This document shows, piece after piece, positions 1 through 12,966 of a DNA stretch of 64,000 nucleotides (its first letter is position 1; each line of letters begins with the position of its first letter). A program made the translations under genes and the position numbers. Location of the stretch: contig CBDCXR010000004.1 in NCBI GenBank assembly GCA_965223845.1, forward strand, positions 6,240,001 through 6,304,000, read 5' to 3'. This DNA is from Planctomycetota bacterium. Its GTDB lineage: Bacteria; Planctomycetota; UBA8108; SXIK01. The notes under the pieces were generated by a model. The model was not told the DNA's origin and made no database searches. It saw only the letters and a program-made list of their open reading frames with translations.

Positions 1-560
1 AATCCTTCGTACGGCTCCGCGATTTCCGTCGTGATGTCTCGGGTACCGCACCAAGCCTGACTGCGGTACTTGATCGCGAAATCGCTGCCCCCCTGCGCGT
101 GCGTCGAAGTCGGATCGCCCGTCAACGTGCACGGATTCCACGGGTCCGTGAGACGCTTCACGTGGACGTCGATGTCGTCGCTCGTCCCATCTCCCCGCGA
201 CGCGGGATTGAAGACGTTGAGACGCGCTTCCAAGATCTGCGAACCGGCCGGCAGATTCGGCAGCACGAAATCGATGTAAGCGCAGCGAAGGGTGGACGGA
301 TTGACGACCCAACCGAAGTTGAGCTCGATGTCGCAGCCGTGCGTTCCAACGCCCGTTCCCGCGACCGTTTCAGCCCACGTGTCCTTGTAATCGGCCACCC
401 AGAGAAACACGACACCGGTTCCGGATCCGCTGATGGTCCCCGTCAGGGCGACGCTTTGACAGCAGACGCGACATCCGGACGCGCTAAGCGCGAACAGGAC
501 CGTGACCGCGAGAGCGGGCGCGACGAGACGACGCGCGCGCTTTCGATGAGAGAACCGCAT
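1..560 (-). CDS. Exported protein/lipoprotein with a possible DNRLRE/CBM96-like beta-sandwich segment; truncated by the left window edge
   Basis: Not in the ORF track because no stop lies in the window. Hand translation from ATG 560 (SD-like GAAAGGGG upstream) gives MRFSHRKRARRLVAPALAVTVLFALSASGC...RCAYIDFVLPNLPAGSQILEARLNVF..., i.e. a signal peptide with a lipobox-like SASGC. Confidence 0.7.
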   Translation of the reverse strand, partial: MRFSHRKRARRLVAPALAVTVLFALSASGCRVCCQSVALTGTISGSGTGVVFLWVADYKDTWAETVAGTGVGTHGCDIELNFGWVVNPSTLRCAYIDFVLPNLPAGSQILEARLNVFNPASRGDGTSDDIDVHVKRLTDPWNPCTLTGDPTSTHAQGGSDFAIKYRSQAWCGTRDITTEIAEPYEG

Positions 561-890
561 AACTGACCCCCTTTCTTCGGGAGAACCAACCACAACTAGA
601 GAATTACGATTCACCTGAATGCTCGTACGCTAAGGGAGCGGCCGAGTTGCCGTCAAGCTGGGAATCCGACCCTGCCGCTCACGTGCCGCGATGCTCGCGA
701 AGCCGACGCGCCCGGACCGATCCCGAGAACGGGGTTCGAGACCACGCCAAAACGCCGAGCGGTGATCGGAGACGAAAGGTCCGTGCGCGAGACGTTCCGC
801 CGGCGCGGACGGAGATTCCGCCGACCGGTTCGATCACGGGAGTCGTTCCGCCGAGCTGCCAGCCCCTGATCACGGAAGCATGGGGCCGAT

Positions 891-1763
891 CTAAGGCAGC
901 CCGATTCCCCCCGGAAGCATCACGCCCTCGAGTCCCGGCGTTTCCCCCGCGTACTCGTTCGCTGCCGTGATCAGCGCGTCCCAGCCGCCCGGGTCGCTCG
1001 CGCCGATCGCAACCGGCGAGCCGTCCACGTCCACCTCGATCGGATCGCCGTTCGCATCGAGTCCGTCGAGCATCCCGTCGGCGAAATCGGTCGCGACGGC
1101 TTCGACGACGTCGAAGCGATGAGCGTCTTCGACCGCGTCGTACGCCGCGTCGCGTTCGATGAGCCGGGAGAGGCCTCCGACGAGCGCGGCGTACTGTTTC
1201 TCTTCCATCGTTCCACTAGCCTTGAAGCGCGGAGTGGTCGTCGTGAGATCGAAGCCGAACGCGGTCTCGAAATCGGCGACGGCGTCCGTGATCGCCGTCT
1301 CGAGATCTTCGTCTTGGCTCACGCGGTGACGCACGTTGACGAGGATCGCGTGCGTGAACGGCGTCACGGTCGCGACCGCTCCGAGCGAAAGATCGACGAG
1401 CCCGGTGAGCTCCTGACCAAACCCGAGCTCGACTTTCTCGCCCGTGTCCTCATCGACGTAGCTGCCGCGGCGCGCCGTCGCGATGAAGCGTCCCGCGGTC
1501 CTCGGAACGAGTCCCGCCCACTCGCCCTTCGATGTCGAGAACGGTCCCGCGATCGCTCCCCCGCGATCGCCGTCGGCGAGAATGACGTGGATGCGAACCT
1601 CACCGCCCGAATGCGGTCCCTTGATGACGGAGCCGGAGACGCCCGTGTCTTCCGTGCCGTTTCCGCCGCCGCCGCCTTCGCACGCGACGGCGAGAATGCT
1701 CGCGCACGCGGCGAGGAACGTTCGCACTCGACGAGAATTCGCTCGGGGAGATGGTTCGGCCAT
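891..1763 (-). CDS. Hypothetical lipoprotein
   Basis: Signal peptide and lipobox (ILAVAC), then a Gly linker and a VSGSVIKGP motif. Start could also be 1790. Confidence 0.75.
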   Translation of the reverse strand: MAEPSPRANSRRVRTFLAACASILAVACEGGGGGNGTEDTGVSGSVIKGPHSGGEVRIHVILADGDRGGAIAGPFSTSKGEWAGLVPRTAGRFIATARRGSYVDEDTGEKVELGFGQELTGLVDLSLGAVATVTPFTHAILVNVRHRVSQDEDLETAITDAVADFETAFGFDLTTTTPRFKASGTMEEKQYAALVGGLSRLIERDAAYDAVEDAHRFDVVEAVATDFADGMLDGLDANGDPIEVDVDGSPVAIGASDPGGWDALITAANEYAGETPGLEGVMLPGGIGLP

Positions 1764-1881
1764 GACGGTGGTCCTCGAAGCGGCGTCCACCCTCTCTTCC
1801 TCTCGAAGGAAATCCTAACACTCGGGATCTGGGCGAGCTTCTAAAAACCTCGGGCGGGTGCCGGGACGGAAGAAGGAGGAT

Positions 1882-3951
<2,070 letters not shown>

Positions 3952-3955
<4 letters not shown>

Positions 3956-5532
3956 TGGTTCCCCCCGCGAGCGAACCGCTCGATGCGCAGCGATCGCTCG
4001 AATCGAAGAACGGCCTCGCGACCGGCTCGGCCGTCGAGATCGACGAGTCGCACTTCTTTCGGGTTCCCGATCCGAACTGCGAATTCACGCTCCTCCTCGT
4101 ACCGCACGCCGCCGCCGAGGGCTCGGTGGAGTCGAAGCTGACCACCGCGGTCGACGAACAGTACGTCGGCGAGTCCATCCCCGGTCAGGTCCTCGCCCGC
4201 GTAAATCGAAGGCCGCGGCTCTTCGCGCGCGAGCCCGGCCGTGCGCAAACGAAAGCGCTCGCGTCCTGCCGGTCGCTTCGCGAACGGAGCGGGTCCCGGC
4301 GTCGACGGATAGACTTCGTAGCTGATCTCGAGCTCGTCGACGGTTTCCTCGCGAAGCTGATCGAGAAGATCGATGCGATACGAAGCGACGAGCAGGTCGG
4401 CGTGACCGTCTCCATCGACGTCGCCGAGCGCCGGGCGACGGAGGATGCCGCTCATTCGAAGCACCTGCCTCGGCGTCTGAAAGCTAGCGACGAGCGCGTC
4501 GGGATTTTGGACGAAGATGCGCACCTCCGCGCTCAGCTCGGAGACGAGGACGCGAGTCACCACGGCATCGAGTCGCCCGTCGCGCGTGACGTCCGCGAGA
4601 ATGACGCTCGAGGCTTTGTCCGCCCACGGGAACGCGAGCGGCACGTCCGGCGAAGTCGGGAGCTCGCCGGATTCGCGCTGGAGAAAGACCGACACGCGAT
4701 TCCCGAGCTGCTTCGCGATCACGTCGAGCCTGCCGTCGCCGTCGAAGTCGCGAAGCACCGGGAGCGGAAACGCCGCGGAAGACTCGAGGAGGTCCGGCGT
4801 CTCGGCGGTCGGCTCGGCGAATGCGATGAGGTCGTTCTGAAGCACGATGCGGCCGCTGTCGACGAGCAGGTAATACTGAAGAGGGAGCGCGGTCTCGCTC
4901 CCCCAGCTGCCGTCGCCGCCTGCCGCGCTCACGCGTTTCGTCAGAACGCGGAGACCGCGCTTCTCGGGGAAGAGAAAGTCGTCGCGACCGTCGGCATCGA
5001 GATCGACACCACCGCCCGGCCAGAACGGGAGCGCAATCGGGCTCGGAACGTGGAAGAAAAAGTCGCCGCGAAGAAGTCGTGCGCCGCGAGCCGCGCCCGT
5101 TTCCCGGTAGCGGTACTCGATCGCGCTCGAGCGCGAGATGAGGACGAGCTCGAGACCCGGCGCGGGTGAATAGTCGCCGAGGGTGAACATCACCGCCTGC
5201 GGGTCGACCGCGATCGTACGGCTCGGCGTCCGCGCGTACGACCCGTTTGCCGCGCGAAAGAGGGCGAGCCAGCGCTGCCCTCCTTCGTGGTACGAGACCC
5301 AGAGCTCGCGGGTGGCGTCGCCGTCGCCCGCGCTGTCGATGTCGCGCGCGACGAAGCCCGTGATCGATCCTTCGACGAAGATCTCCTCGGCCGAGGTGAG
5401 ACTCGCGCCGATCGCGATCGCCGCGAGAACAGCCGCCGTGGGCGCAGCTCGAGCTCGCTTCGCGGGAAAACGCGGCGCAGCAGCTTCGTTCGCTCGCCTC
5501 ACCGATCGGTCACTCCACGTCCCGCATTTCAT
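3952..5532 (-). CDS. Secreted FG-GAP/VCBS-repeat protein
   Basis: DLDADGRDD, DFDGDGRLD, DVTRDGRLD, DVDGDGHAD and DLTGDGLAD motifs; hydrophobic N-terminal leader; 4-bp overlap with the next gene. Confidence 0.9.
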
Positions 5533-6550
5533 CGCTCTCGTCGGAGCCGAACCGAATCAGCCAGAGGAAGCGCCAGCTTTTTCGTCTCCCTTCGCGCTCG
5601 TACTTGATGAGATTGAAGGGAAGGATGCCGAACTCGGTCGCATCGCGCGTTCGGTCCGCTTCGTAGTCGACAATGAGCGGAACGAACACCGTCCGGACGT
5701 AGCGTCCGGGATCGAACGCGCTCAGACGAACGATGCGCATCCTTCCCGCGCGCTCGACGATGAGCTCGACGCGCTCGCCCGGCTCGATCGCCTCGAGGAG
5801 AACGAGGAAGTCCTCGCCCCCGTGGATGAGTTCTCCATTGATCTGAAGAACGACGTCGCCCCGTGCGAGTCCCACCGCACCGGCCGGACTGCCGTCGAGA
5901 AAGCGCCGGATGCGCACGCCCGGCGCGCGTTCGACGCGAACTTCGAGGGGCGCGCGCGCCGCCGTCGGGAAGCGCGGTGACTCGTCTTCCCTCGCGGTCG
6001 CAGATACGCGGCTCGTGCGCGTCTCGCTCGCGCCGCCGGTCGTCCGCGTCCGGGCGGCGGGGATCTCGCGACCGACCTCCTCGACGACGACGCCGATGCG
6101 CCGCCGATCGACAAAGGCGCGCACGGTCGGCGGCGGATACGGAACGAGGCGTTCGACCGTGACGGCTTCGAGCTCGAGCAGCTCGCCGCCGCGTTCGGCC
6201 TCGAGGCGCAGCGGCGAACCGGGCGCGAGCGCCGAGACGATCGCCGTCGCGTGGCGCGGACTCCGCACCGCAGCGCCGTTGATTCGCCGGAGAACGTCGC
6301 CCGGCTTCAATCCGGCCGCCTCGGCCGGCGAGTTCTCGACGACGGACGCGATCTCGACTCCCCCACTCAGCGCGTCGTCTTCGACCTCGAATGCATCCTC
6401 GTCGGCGAAGAAGGACGGGAGTTCGGAGTGGATCCCGAGATAGCTCTCCTGCGCGGCGACGCCGCCGCCGATCGCGCCGAGCAATCCGGGGATGAGGGCG
6501 AGGCGAACGACCCGCTGGGCGAGACGATCGACTCTTCTCGGTGAGATCAC
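5510..6550 (-). CDS. Exported protein with two PDZ domains
   Basis: Signal peptide; YLGI...VVENSPAEAAGLKPGDVLRRING and FLDGSPAGAVGLARGDVVLQING. Confidence 0.88.
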   Translation of the reverse strand: MISPRRVDRLAQRVVRLALIPGLLGAIGGGVAAQESYLGIHSELPSFFADEDAFEVEDDALSGGVEIASVVENSPAEAAGLKPGDVLRRINGAAVRSPRHATAIVSALAPGSPLRLEAERGGELLELEAVTVERLVPYPPPTVRAFVDRRRIGVVVEEVGREIPAARTRTTGGASETRTSRVSATAREDESPRFPTAARAPLEVRVERAPGVRIRRFLDGSPAGAVGLARGDVVLQINGELIHGGEDFLVLLEAIEPGERVELIVERAGRMRIVRLSAFDPGRYVRTVFVPLIVDYEADRTRDATEFGILPFNLIKYEREGRRKSWRFLWLIRFGSDESDEMRDVE

Positions 6551-6557
6551 GAATCCA

Positions 6558-7388
6558 TCACTCCGTGACGTCGCGACGGACGAAGAGCGCGATTCCGATC
6601 GCGGCGCATCCGAGCGCGGTGATGCCGGGCACCGCCCACACGCAGAGGTGCTCGACGGAGTCGTCGAGCCAGAGCACGTCGGTCCGCCCGTCGGCGAACG
6701 CGATCACGCCGGCGAGGTAGGACGTTCGATCGAACAGCGCGGGCAGGTAACTGTTCCATAGATAACGCGTCGCGCCGGAGCTGCCAGGCAAAACCGACTT
6801 CACGATTTCGAAGAAGAAGAAGACGCCGATCGCGACGCCCGCCGCACCGGCCGCCGTTCGCGCCGTGCACGAGATGAGAAAGCCGACGCTCGCGAGCGCA
6901 AAGATCGCCGGAACGATGTACGCGATGGCGACGAACGAATAGCGACGGAGCTCGTCGCCGGCCGCGAGGGGTTCGATCGCATCGCCGTAAACGTCTCCGA
7001 ACGAGAAGTGGATCGCCGTCGAGCCCCAGGCGCACGCGGCGACGAGGACGACGAGAAGGAAGGCGGTGAGGAGGAGCGCGACCCAGCGCGAGAGCGCGAC
7101 TTCGAGTCGCGAGACGGGTCCGGAGAGCACATTGCGGAGTGTGCGATCGTGCCGCTCGGCTGCGACGGCGACCGCGGCGTGGACGATGACGAGCAGCGAG
7201 CCGAGCAGGTACGCGTGTCCGAGCGCGCGCGCGAAGACGTAGTATCCCGTTTCGGGAGCGTCGCCGGCGAGCCACGCGACCTGAGGGAAGACGACGGCGA
7301 GCCCGCCGGAAAAGGCGAGAGTCGATAGCGAGCTCTTCCGCCGGCGCGCTTTCGACGATTCGACGGCGAGGAGCCTGAGCAGGTTCAC
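6558..7388 (-). CDS. ABC-2 type transporter permease
   Basis: About six hydrophobic segments, AERHDRTLRNVLSGPVSR motif and C-terminal FVRRDV; adjacent to an ABC ATPase. Confidence 0.88.
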   Translation of the reverse strand: MNLLRLLAVESSKARRRKSSLSTLAFSGGLAVVFPQVAWLAGDAPETGYYVFARALGHAYLLGSLLVIVHAAVAVAAERHDRTLRNVLSGPVSRLEVALSRWVALLLTAFLLVVLVAACAWGSTAIHFSFGDVYGDAIEPLAAGDELRRYSFVAIAYIVPAIFALASVGFLISCTARTAAGAAGVAIGVFFFFEIVKSVLPGSSGATRYLWNSYLPALFDRTSYLAGVIAFADGRTDVLWLDDSVEHLCVWAVPGITALGCAAIGIALFVRRDVTE

Positions 7389-8362
7389 GCGACGTCCTCG
7401 TGCTCGGGCCCCGCCCGTGCGATCGCCGCGGCAAAGACGTCTTCGAGGCTGCGCTCGAGCCGCCGGAGCGAGTGGATCTCGACGCCCGCGCCGACGAGGA
7501 CGCGCGCGAGAAGCGGCGCGCGCTCGGGATCGATCACGATGTCGATCTCACCGCGCCGGGGCTCCGGATCGTCTGGCGTAGCATCGGCGCGACGACTTTC
7601 GTCTGCGACGCGGCATTCCGGCTCCGCGTTGAGCGCGCGTTCTGCGCGGGCGACGTCACCCACCTCGATCCGGTACCGAGGCTCGGCGGACCCGGTCAGC
7701 TCCGCGATTGCGCCGTCCTTGAGGAGTCGCCCGCGATGGATGATGGCAACGCGGGAGCAGACGCGTTCCACCTCGGCGAGGATGTGACTCGAGAAGAAGA
7801 CCGTCGTTCCGTGCTCGCGATTCAGCTCGCGAACGATCGCGCGAAAGTCGCGGATGCCCTCGGGGTCGAGTCCGTTCGTCGGCTCGTCGAGAAGGACGAG
7901 TCGCGGCGAGTGGACCAGCGCGCAGGCGAGGCCCAGCCGCCGGAGCATCCCGGACGAGTACCCCGCGATTCTCCGGTCGGCGGCCGGCGCGAGCCCGACA
8001 CGCTCGAGCCAACGGGAGGCCTCGCGATCGGCCGCGGAGCGGTCGAGTCCGAAGAGACGCGCGTGAAGTCGAAGGTGCTCGCGTCCGCGCAGATAAGTCG
8101 GCGCTGCGAAGTCTTCGAAGAGAACGCCGATGTCGCGATAGACCGCGCGCGACCGCGGCGACTTCCCGAAGAGCGCGATCGACCCGCCTCGCGGTCGGAG
8201 GAAGCCGAGGAGCGCGCGCAGCGTCGTCGTCTTTCCGGCGCCGTTCAGGCCGAGAAAGCCGTGGATCGACCCCTCGGCGACGCGGAGCCGGAGCCGGTCG
8301 ATGGCACGGAACTTTCCGTAGCCGAGAGAGAGCTCGCTCGTTTCGATCGCGTGGGTCGACAT
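7385..8362 (-). CDS. ABC transporter ATP-binding protein
   Basis: Walker A GLNGAGKTT, signature YSSGM, Walker B LLDEP, H-loop SSH. Confidence 0.95.
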   Translation of the reverse strand: MSTHAIETSELSLGYGKFRAIDRLRLRVAEGSIHGFLGLNGAGKTTTLRALLGFLRPRGGSIALFGKSPRSRAVYRDIGVLFEDFAAPTYLRGREHLRLHARLFGLDRSAADREASRWLERVGLAPAADRRIAGYSSGMLRRLGLACALVHSPRLVLLDEPTNGLDPEGIRDFRAIVRELNREHGTTVFFSSHILAEVERVCSRVAIIHRGRLLKDGAIAELTGSAEPRYRIEVGDVARAERALNAEPECRVADESRRADATPDDPEPRRGEIDIVIDPERAPLLARVLVGAGVEIHSLRRLERSLEDVFAAAIARAGPEHEDVA

Positions 8363-8524
8363 GCGAAAAGCCCGCAGCGACGATCGCGCCGCGCTGGTAC
8401 GATGGGCCGAAGATCCCCTCCACCCCGCGCGCCCTTCCCGTCTTGCCCGATGTGCTCACTCGCGTTGAATCGGCGGGCAGGAGGTGCGACTCGAACCGGT
8501 TTTCAGACAGACTCCCAGCGAGAG

Positions 8525-9631
8525 ATGACTATGCGCCGACCCATTCTTCGAACGGCATCGCTTCGGATGGAACCGCTTCGAACGGCATCGCTTCGAACGG
8601 AACCGAGACCGGAGCCGTCCCGAGCGAGGTCGAGGGCCGTGGTCATCGCGATCGCGGCGATCGCGATGTGGATGGCCGGTCCGTTCACTGAGGCCGCGAG
8701 CGCGTCGGACTCTAGCGTCATCCTCGCGCAGGCTCAACCGAAAAACGATCGGTCGCGACTTCCTCTGAAGGTCAATCGGCCTGAGGCCGAGACGCGGCGG
8801 AGATCGGACTCGTCCACGAATGAATCGTCCGGAGGCGCGACGACGTCCGCGAACGTCTCTGCGGGCGACAAGAGCGAAGAATCCGGCGAAGCATCGTCCA
8901 CGAAGTCGAAGAGTTTCATCGCGAGCCTCCGCGGCTGGATCAAGGACTATGCGATGTGGATCGTCGTCGTGCTCGTCGGCGCGGCGGCGGGACTCATCCT
9001 CTGGCTCTTTCTCGGGCGCTCGGCGGGGAGCGGCGAGCTCGTCGGGCTCGGGGAAGAAAAAGAAGAGAAGGGACGGCGACGCTACTCGACGACGAAGATC
9101 CGCGCGGGCGAGGTCGCCGAACGGCTCGAAATGGAAGAAACGGAAGTCGACGCCGATCGCGAGTACGCTCTCGTCGTCGACGAGGACGCGCTCAAGAAAC
9201 CGCCGCTTCCCGAAGAGATCGACGCGAACACCGGACAAGTGTACGCGGATGCTTCGACAATCGAGGAGCTCCTCGATCGCGAGAGCTTCGACGATGCCTA
9301 CGAGGAATACGAGCGGCGCATCGAAGAGGACGGGGAAGCGGAGTTTCAGAGCGGCGTCGAGGAGTCGCTCGGAGAGCAGCTCCTCCGGCGAAAGAGCTAC
9401 GAGAAGGCCGCGCGCGTTCTCGAGCACCACGTCGCAACGCACGCGGCGGAGGACGTCGCGCCCGAGGTCTACTTCAATCTCGGCTACGTCCATTTCTTTC
9501 GGAACCAGCACAACAAGTCGAAGCGCTTTCTCAAGCTCTACGTCGAGCGGGAGACCGACGGTCAGCGGGCGACGCGAGCGAAGAAGATCCTGACGGTCCT
9601 CGACACCGTGAGCGGACCCGAGACGAACTGA
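8525..9631 (+). CDS. Single-pass membrane protein with an acidic region and C-terminal TPR
   Basis: Signal-like segment, Ser-rich linker, TM (WIVVVLVGAAAGLILWLFL) and TPR-like PEVYFNLGYVHF. The track ORF from 7400 is over-extended across the ABC gene. Confidence 0.75.
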   Translation: MTMRRPILRTASLRMEPLRTASLRTEPRPEPSRARSRAVVIAIAAIAMWMAGPFTEAASASDSSVILAQAQPKNDRSRLPLKVNRPEAETRRRSDSSTNESSGGATTSANVSAGDKSEESGEASSTKSKSFIASLRGWIKDYAMWIVVVLVGAAAGLILWLFLGRSAGSGELVGLGEEKEEKGRRRYSTTKIRAGEVAERLEMEETEVDADREYALVVDEDALKKPPLPEEIDANTGQVYADASTIEELLDRESFDDAYEEYERRIEEDGEAEFQSGVEESLGEQLLRRKSYEKAARVLEHHVATHAAEDVAPEVYFNLGYVHFFRNQHNKSKRFLKLYVERETDGQRATRAKKILTVLDTVSGPETN

Positions 9632-9653
9632 CGCCGCCCGGGGGGCGCTCGGA

Positions 9654-9659
9654 TACAAT
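9654..9659 (+). promoter_or_regulatory. Putative -10 element (TACAAT) positioned for a leaderless transcript
   Basis: TACAAT ends 6 nt before ATG 9666, and there is no SD sequence. Confidence 0.5.
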
Positions 9660-9665
9660 TCGGGC

Positions 9666-10616
9666 ATGCCCCGCGTCGTCGCGACGATCCGCAGTCACGT
9701 TCGAGATGCGAAGGCGCTCCTCGCCGACGCAGAGACGGCGCTCGACATCGGCTTCGACGGCCTCGTGCTCGCGCCGCCGATCTTCGCGCGCGATCGGGAG
9801 AGCCTGAGTGGGATGCTCCCGCGGCGTTCCGTACTCGCCGTGGAGCTCCTTGCGTTCGCACCGCGCGGAGTCGCGCGCGCCGGCGGGGACGCGACTTCGC
9901 TCGGCGCGCTCGATCGGGCGGAGCGCCGCGAGGTGATCGAGCGCGGCGCGCGCGCAATCGAGATCGCGGACTCGTACGAAGCGCGGCTCGTCCTAGTCCC
10001 GACCTCCGAGTTGGACCTCACCCTTCCGCCCAGAGGCACGTCGCGGGAGGACCAGAGGGCTTGGCTTCGACGGGCTCGGGACGCGCGCCGCGTCGAAGCC
10101 GCCGCGCGTCTCGACGGATACCTTTCGGTGATCGACGGGCTCCTCCGCGCGGCGGATCGGTATAAGGTCCGCCTTTGTCTTCAGCCGACGACTGCGATCC
10201 GCGCATTACCCGCGCCGGACGAAACGGCGCGGTGCCTCGAGGAGTTTCGTGGGGCGCCGCTCGGCGTTTGGCCCGACACGGCGGCGGAGTTTGCGACCGC
10301 GGACCTAGCGAAGACACTCGGGCTCGAGCCGGGCGCGGGCGTCGAGTCGCAGTGCGAGCGATTCCGCTCGGAGCTCGCGGGCGTCACGCTGCGCGAGCTG
10401 GGCGAGTCGGGCGAACCGCGTCTCCCCGGCTCGGGGCGCATCGACCGCGACTGGCTCGCGGCCCTTCCTGCCGAGTGCGTCTGGCTCGTCGATCGCCGAG
10501 ACGAGTCCGCCGACGAGCTCGCATCCGCGCACGCGTTTCTCCGCGGCGCGCTCGAGGGCGAGGCACCGGATCCGTTCAGCGCCAAGCTCTCACCCGGTTC
10601 CGATCCACCCTCGTGA
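9666..10616 (+). CDS. Sugar-phosphate isomerase/AP-endonuclease-2-like TIM-barrel protein, divergent
   Basis: Family-like segments [28 protein letters not shown] and LPGSGRID. The usual metal ligands look degenerate. Confidence 0.6.
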   Translation: MPRVVATIRSHVRDAKALLADAETALDIGFDGLVLAPPIFARDRESLSGMLPRRSVLAVELLAFAPRGVARAGGDATSLGALDRAERREVIERGARAIEIADSYEARLVLVPTSELDLTLPPRGTSREDQRAWLRRARDARRVEAAARLDGYLSVIDGLLRAADRYKVRLCLQPTTAIRALPAPDETARCLEEFRGAPLGVWPDTAAEFATADLAKTLGLEPGAGVESQCERFRSELAGVTLRELGESGEPRLPGSGRIDRDWLAALPAECVWLVDRRDESADELASAHAFLRGALEGEAPDPFSAKLSPGSDPPS

Positions 10617-10908
10617 GGACGAGAACCGCGCGCTCGATGCGCCGCCGCCCCGGACTTCGCCGTGCCCAGAGCGCATTCCGGGGTCGATTCGGCGCCACTT
10701 ACGGCGCGATCCACTCCCTACGTCGGCTCACCGCTTCCGCCGACAATCCGAGCGAGACACTCGGCCGATCACGCCGAGAGCTTTTCTGCGCGGCGCGTCC
10801 TCGCGTATAGTGCGGAGCTCGGCGCGCTGCGCGTCTACCGCGATCCTCGCCGCGCCGCTGACTCGACCGCGAACGAAAGCTGAGCCGATCCCCGCGAGGG
10901 CCCGTTCC

Positions 10909-12855
10909 ATGACTGAACCGAGAGATGATCTGCGCTTTTCTCCGCCCGCCCAGTTCAGCGCGAAGGCGCACATCGGAAACATCGACGATTACCGCGAGCG
11001 CTACGGCCGCTCCGTCTCCGATCCCGAGGGATTCTGGGCCGAGGAGGCGAAGCGGCTCGACTGGATCGAGCCTTGGGATCAGGTTCTCGAGTGGAACTTC
11101 GAGGAGCCTCGCGTCGCGTGGTTTAAGGGCGGGAAGCTGAACGCGAGCGTCAATTGCCTCGACCGTCACGTCGAGGCGGGACGGGGGGATCGCCCCGCGA
11201 TCATATGGGAGGGAAACGAGCCGACCGATTCGCTCTCCCTCTCCTACCGGGAGCTCCTCGCGGCGGTGTGTCGAGCCGGGAACGCGCTTCGCTCACTCGG
11301 CGTTGAGAAGGGCGACCGGGTCTGTATTTACATGCCGATGGTCCCCGAGCTCGCCGTCGCCGTGCTCGCATGTGCACGCATCGGGGCGGTGCACAGCGTG
11401 GTTTTCGGTGGGTTCAGCGCCGACTCGCTTCGTGACCGAATCCTCGACAGCTCCTGCAAGATCCTCATCACGGCCGACGAAGCGCTCCGCGGTCCGAAGT
11501 CGATCCCCCTCAAGGGAATCTCCGACCAAGCGCTCGAAGGCGCGCCGTGCATCGAAAAATGCATCGTCGTTCGCCGAACCGGTGGCGACATCGTGATGAA
11601 GGACGGACGCGACGTGTGGTGGCACGACGTCGTCGACAGCGCATCGCCAGAGTGCGAGCCGTCCGTTCAGGACGCCGAGGATCCGCTCTTCATCCTCTAC
11701 ACTTCCGGAAGCACCGGAAAGCCGAAGGGTGTTCTCCACACGACCGGCGGCTATCTCCTCTACGCGTCGCTCACGCACGAGCTCGTCTTCGATCACCGCG
11801 AGGACGACATCTATTGGTGTTCGGCGGACGTCGGCTGGATCACCGGCCACAGCTACATCATCTACGGTCCGCTCGCGAACGGTGCGACCACGCTCATGTT
11901 CGAGGGCGTGCCGAATTACCCCGACTTCGATCGCTTCTGGCAGGTCGTCGAAAAGCACGAGGTCACGCTCTTCTACACCGCGCCGACGGCGATCCGGGCG
12001 CTCATGCGCGAAGGGACGGGACACACCGAGAAGCACGACATGCCGACCTTGCGTCTTCTCGGCACGGTCGGCGAGCCGATCAACCCGGAGGCGTGGCTCT
12101 GGTACCACCGAAACGTCGGCAAGGAACGCTGTCCGATCGTCGACACATGGTGGCAGACGGAGACGGGCGGAATCCTCATCAGCCCGCTCCCCGGGGCGTT
12201 CGATCTGAAGCCGGGCTCGGCGACGCTTCCCTTCTTCGGGGTGCGTCCGGTGCTCGTCGATGGCGACGGGAACGCGCTCCCGGACGGCGCGGCGTCGGGA
12301 AACCTCTGCATCGAGTTTCCTTGGCCGGGGATGATGCGGACGGTCTACGGCGATCACGAGCGCTTTCGAAAGACGTACTTCGTTCAGTATCCCGGGAAGT
12401 ACTTCACGGGCGACGGCTGCCGCCGGGACGAGGACGGCTACTACTGGATCACCGGTCGCGTCGACGACGTGATCAATGTCTCGGGTCACCGCATCGGCAC
12501 CGCGGAAGTCGAGAGCGCGCTCGTCGCACACGATACCGTGGCGGAGGCGGCGGTCGTCGGCATGCCTCACGAGATCAAGGGGCAGGGGATTTATGCGTAC
12601 GTCACTCTGAGTGCTGAGAACGAACCATCGGAGGACCTCGCCAAGGACCTCGTCCGCCACGTTCGCACGGTCATCGGTCCGATCGCGACGCCCGACAAGC
12701 TTCAGTTCGCCGGCGGGCTCCCGAAGACGCGGAGCGGGAAGATCATGCGGCGCATCCTGCGAAAGATCGCGGCGGGAGAAACCTCGGAACTCGGCGACAC
12801 CTCGACGCTCGCGGATCCGACGGTCGTCGATGCGCTCGTCGCGGGACGTCAGTAA
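10909..12855 (+). CDS. acs: Acetyl-CoA synthetase (AMP-forming)
   Basis: [34 protein letters not shown] and [11 protein letters not shown] motifs. Start taken at MTEPR. Confidence 0.97.
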   Translation: MTEPRDDLRFSPPAQFSAKAHIGNIDDYRERYGRSVSDPEGFWAEEAKRLDWIEPWDQVLEWNFEEPRVAWFKGGKLNASVNCLDRHVEAGRGDRPAIIWEGNEPTDSLSLSYRELLAAVCRAGNALRSLGVEKGDRVCIYMPMVPELAVAVLACARIGAVHSVVFGGFSADSLRDRILDSSCKILITADEALRGPKSIPLKGISDQALEGAPCIEKCIVVRRTGGDIVMKDGRDVWWHDVVDSASPECEPSVQDAEDPLFILYTSGSTGKPKGVLHTTGGYLLYASLTHELVFDHREDDIYWCSADVGWITGHSYIIYGPLANGATTLMFEGVPNYPDFDRFWQVVEKHEVTLFYTAPTAIRALMREGTGHTEKHDMPTLRLLGTVGEPINPEAWLWYHRNVGKERCPIVDTWWQTETGGILISPLPGAFDLKPGSATLPFFGVRPVLVDGDGNALPDGAASGNLCIEFPWPGMMRTVYGDHERFRKTYFVQYPGKYFTGDGCRRDEDGYYWITGRVDDVINVSGHRIGTAEVESALVAHDTVAEAAVVGMPHEIKGQGIYAYVTLSAENEPSEDLAKDLVRHVRTVIGPIATPDKLQFAGGLPKTRSGKIMRRILRKIAAGETSELGDTSTLADPTVVDALVAGRQ

Positions 12856-12966
12856 AGCCCACCATCTCTCCGGCCGAACGGACTCTGTTCTCGTCGTGCC
12901 GCGCCGCATCGGTTCCAATGGGAGTCTGTGTCCCGGGATCGATCGCACTCGAGAGAGGTACGCCGA

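Noticed and set aside
7400-8524. Long antisense or overlapping ORFs (here, and e.g. 11293-13332, 26665-28809, 28610-30658, 50437-53274)
   Set aside because: Shadow ORFs of high-GC genes: Arg-rich, no motifs, and opposite well-supported CDSs.
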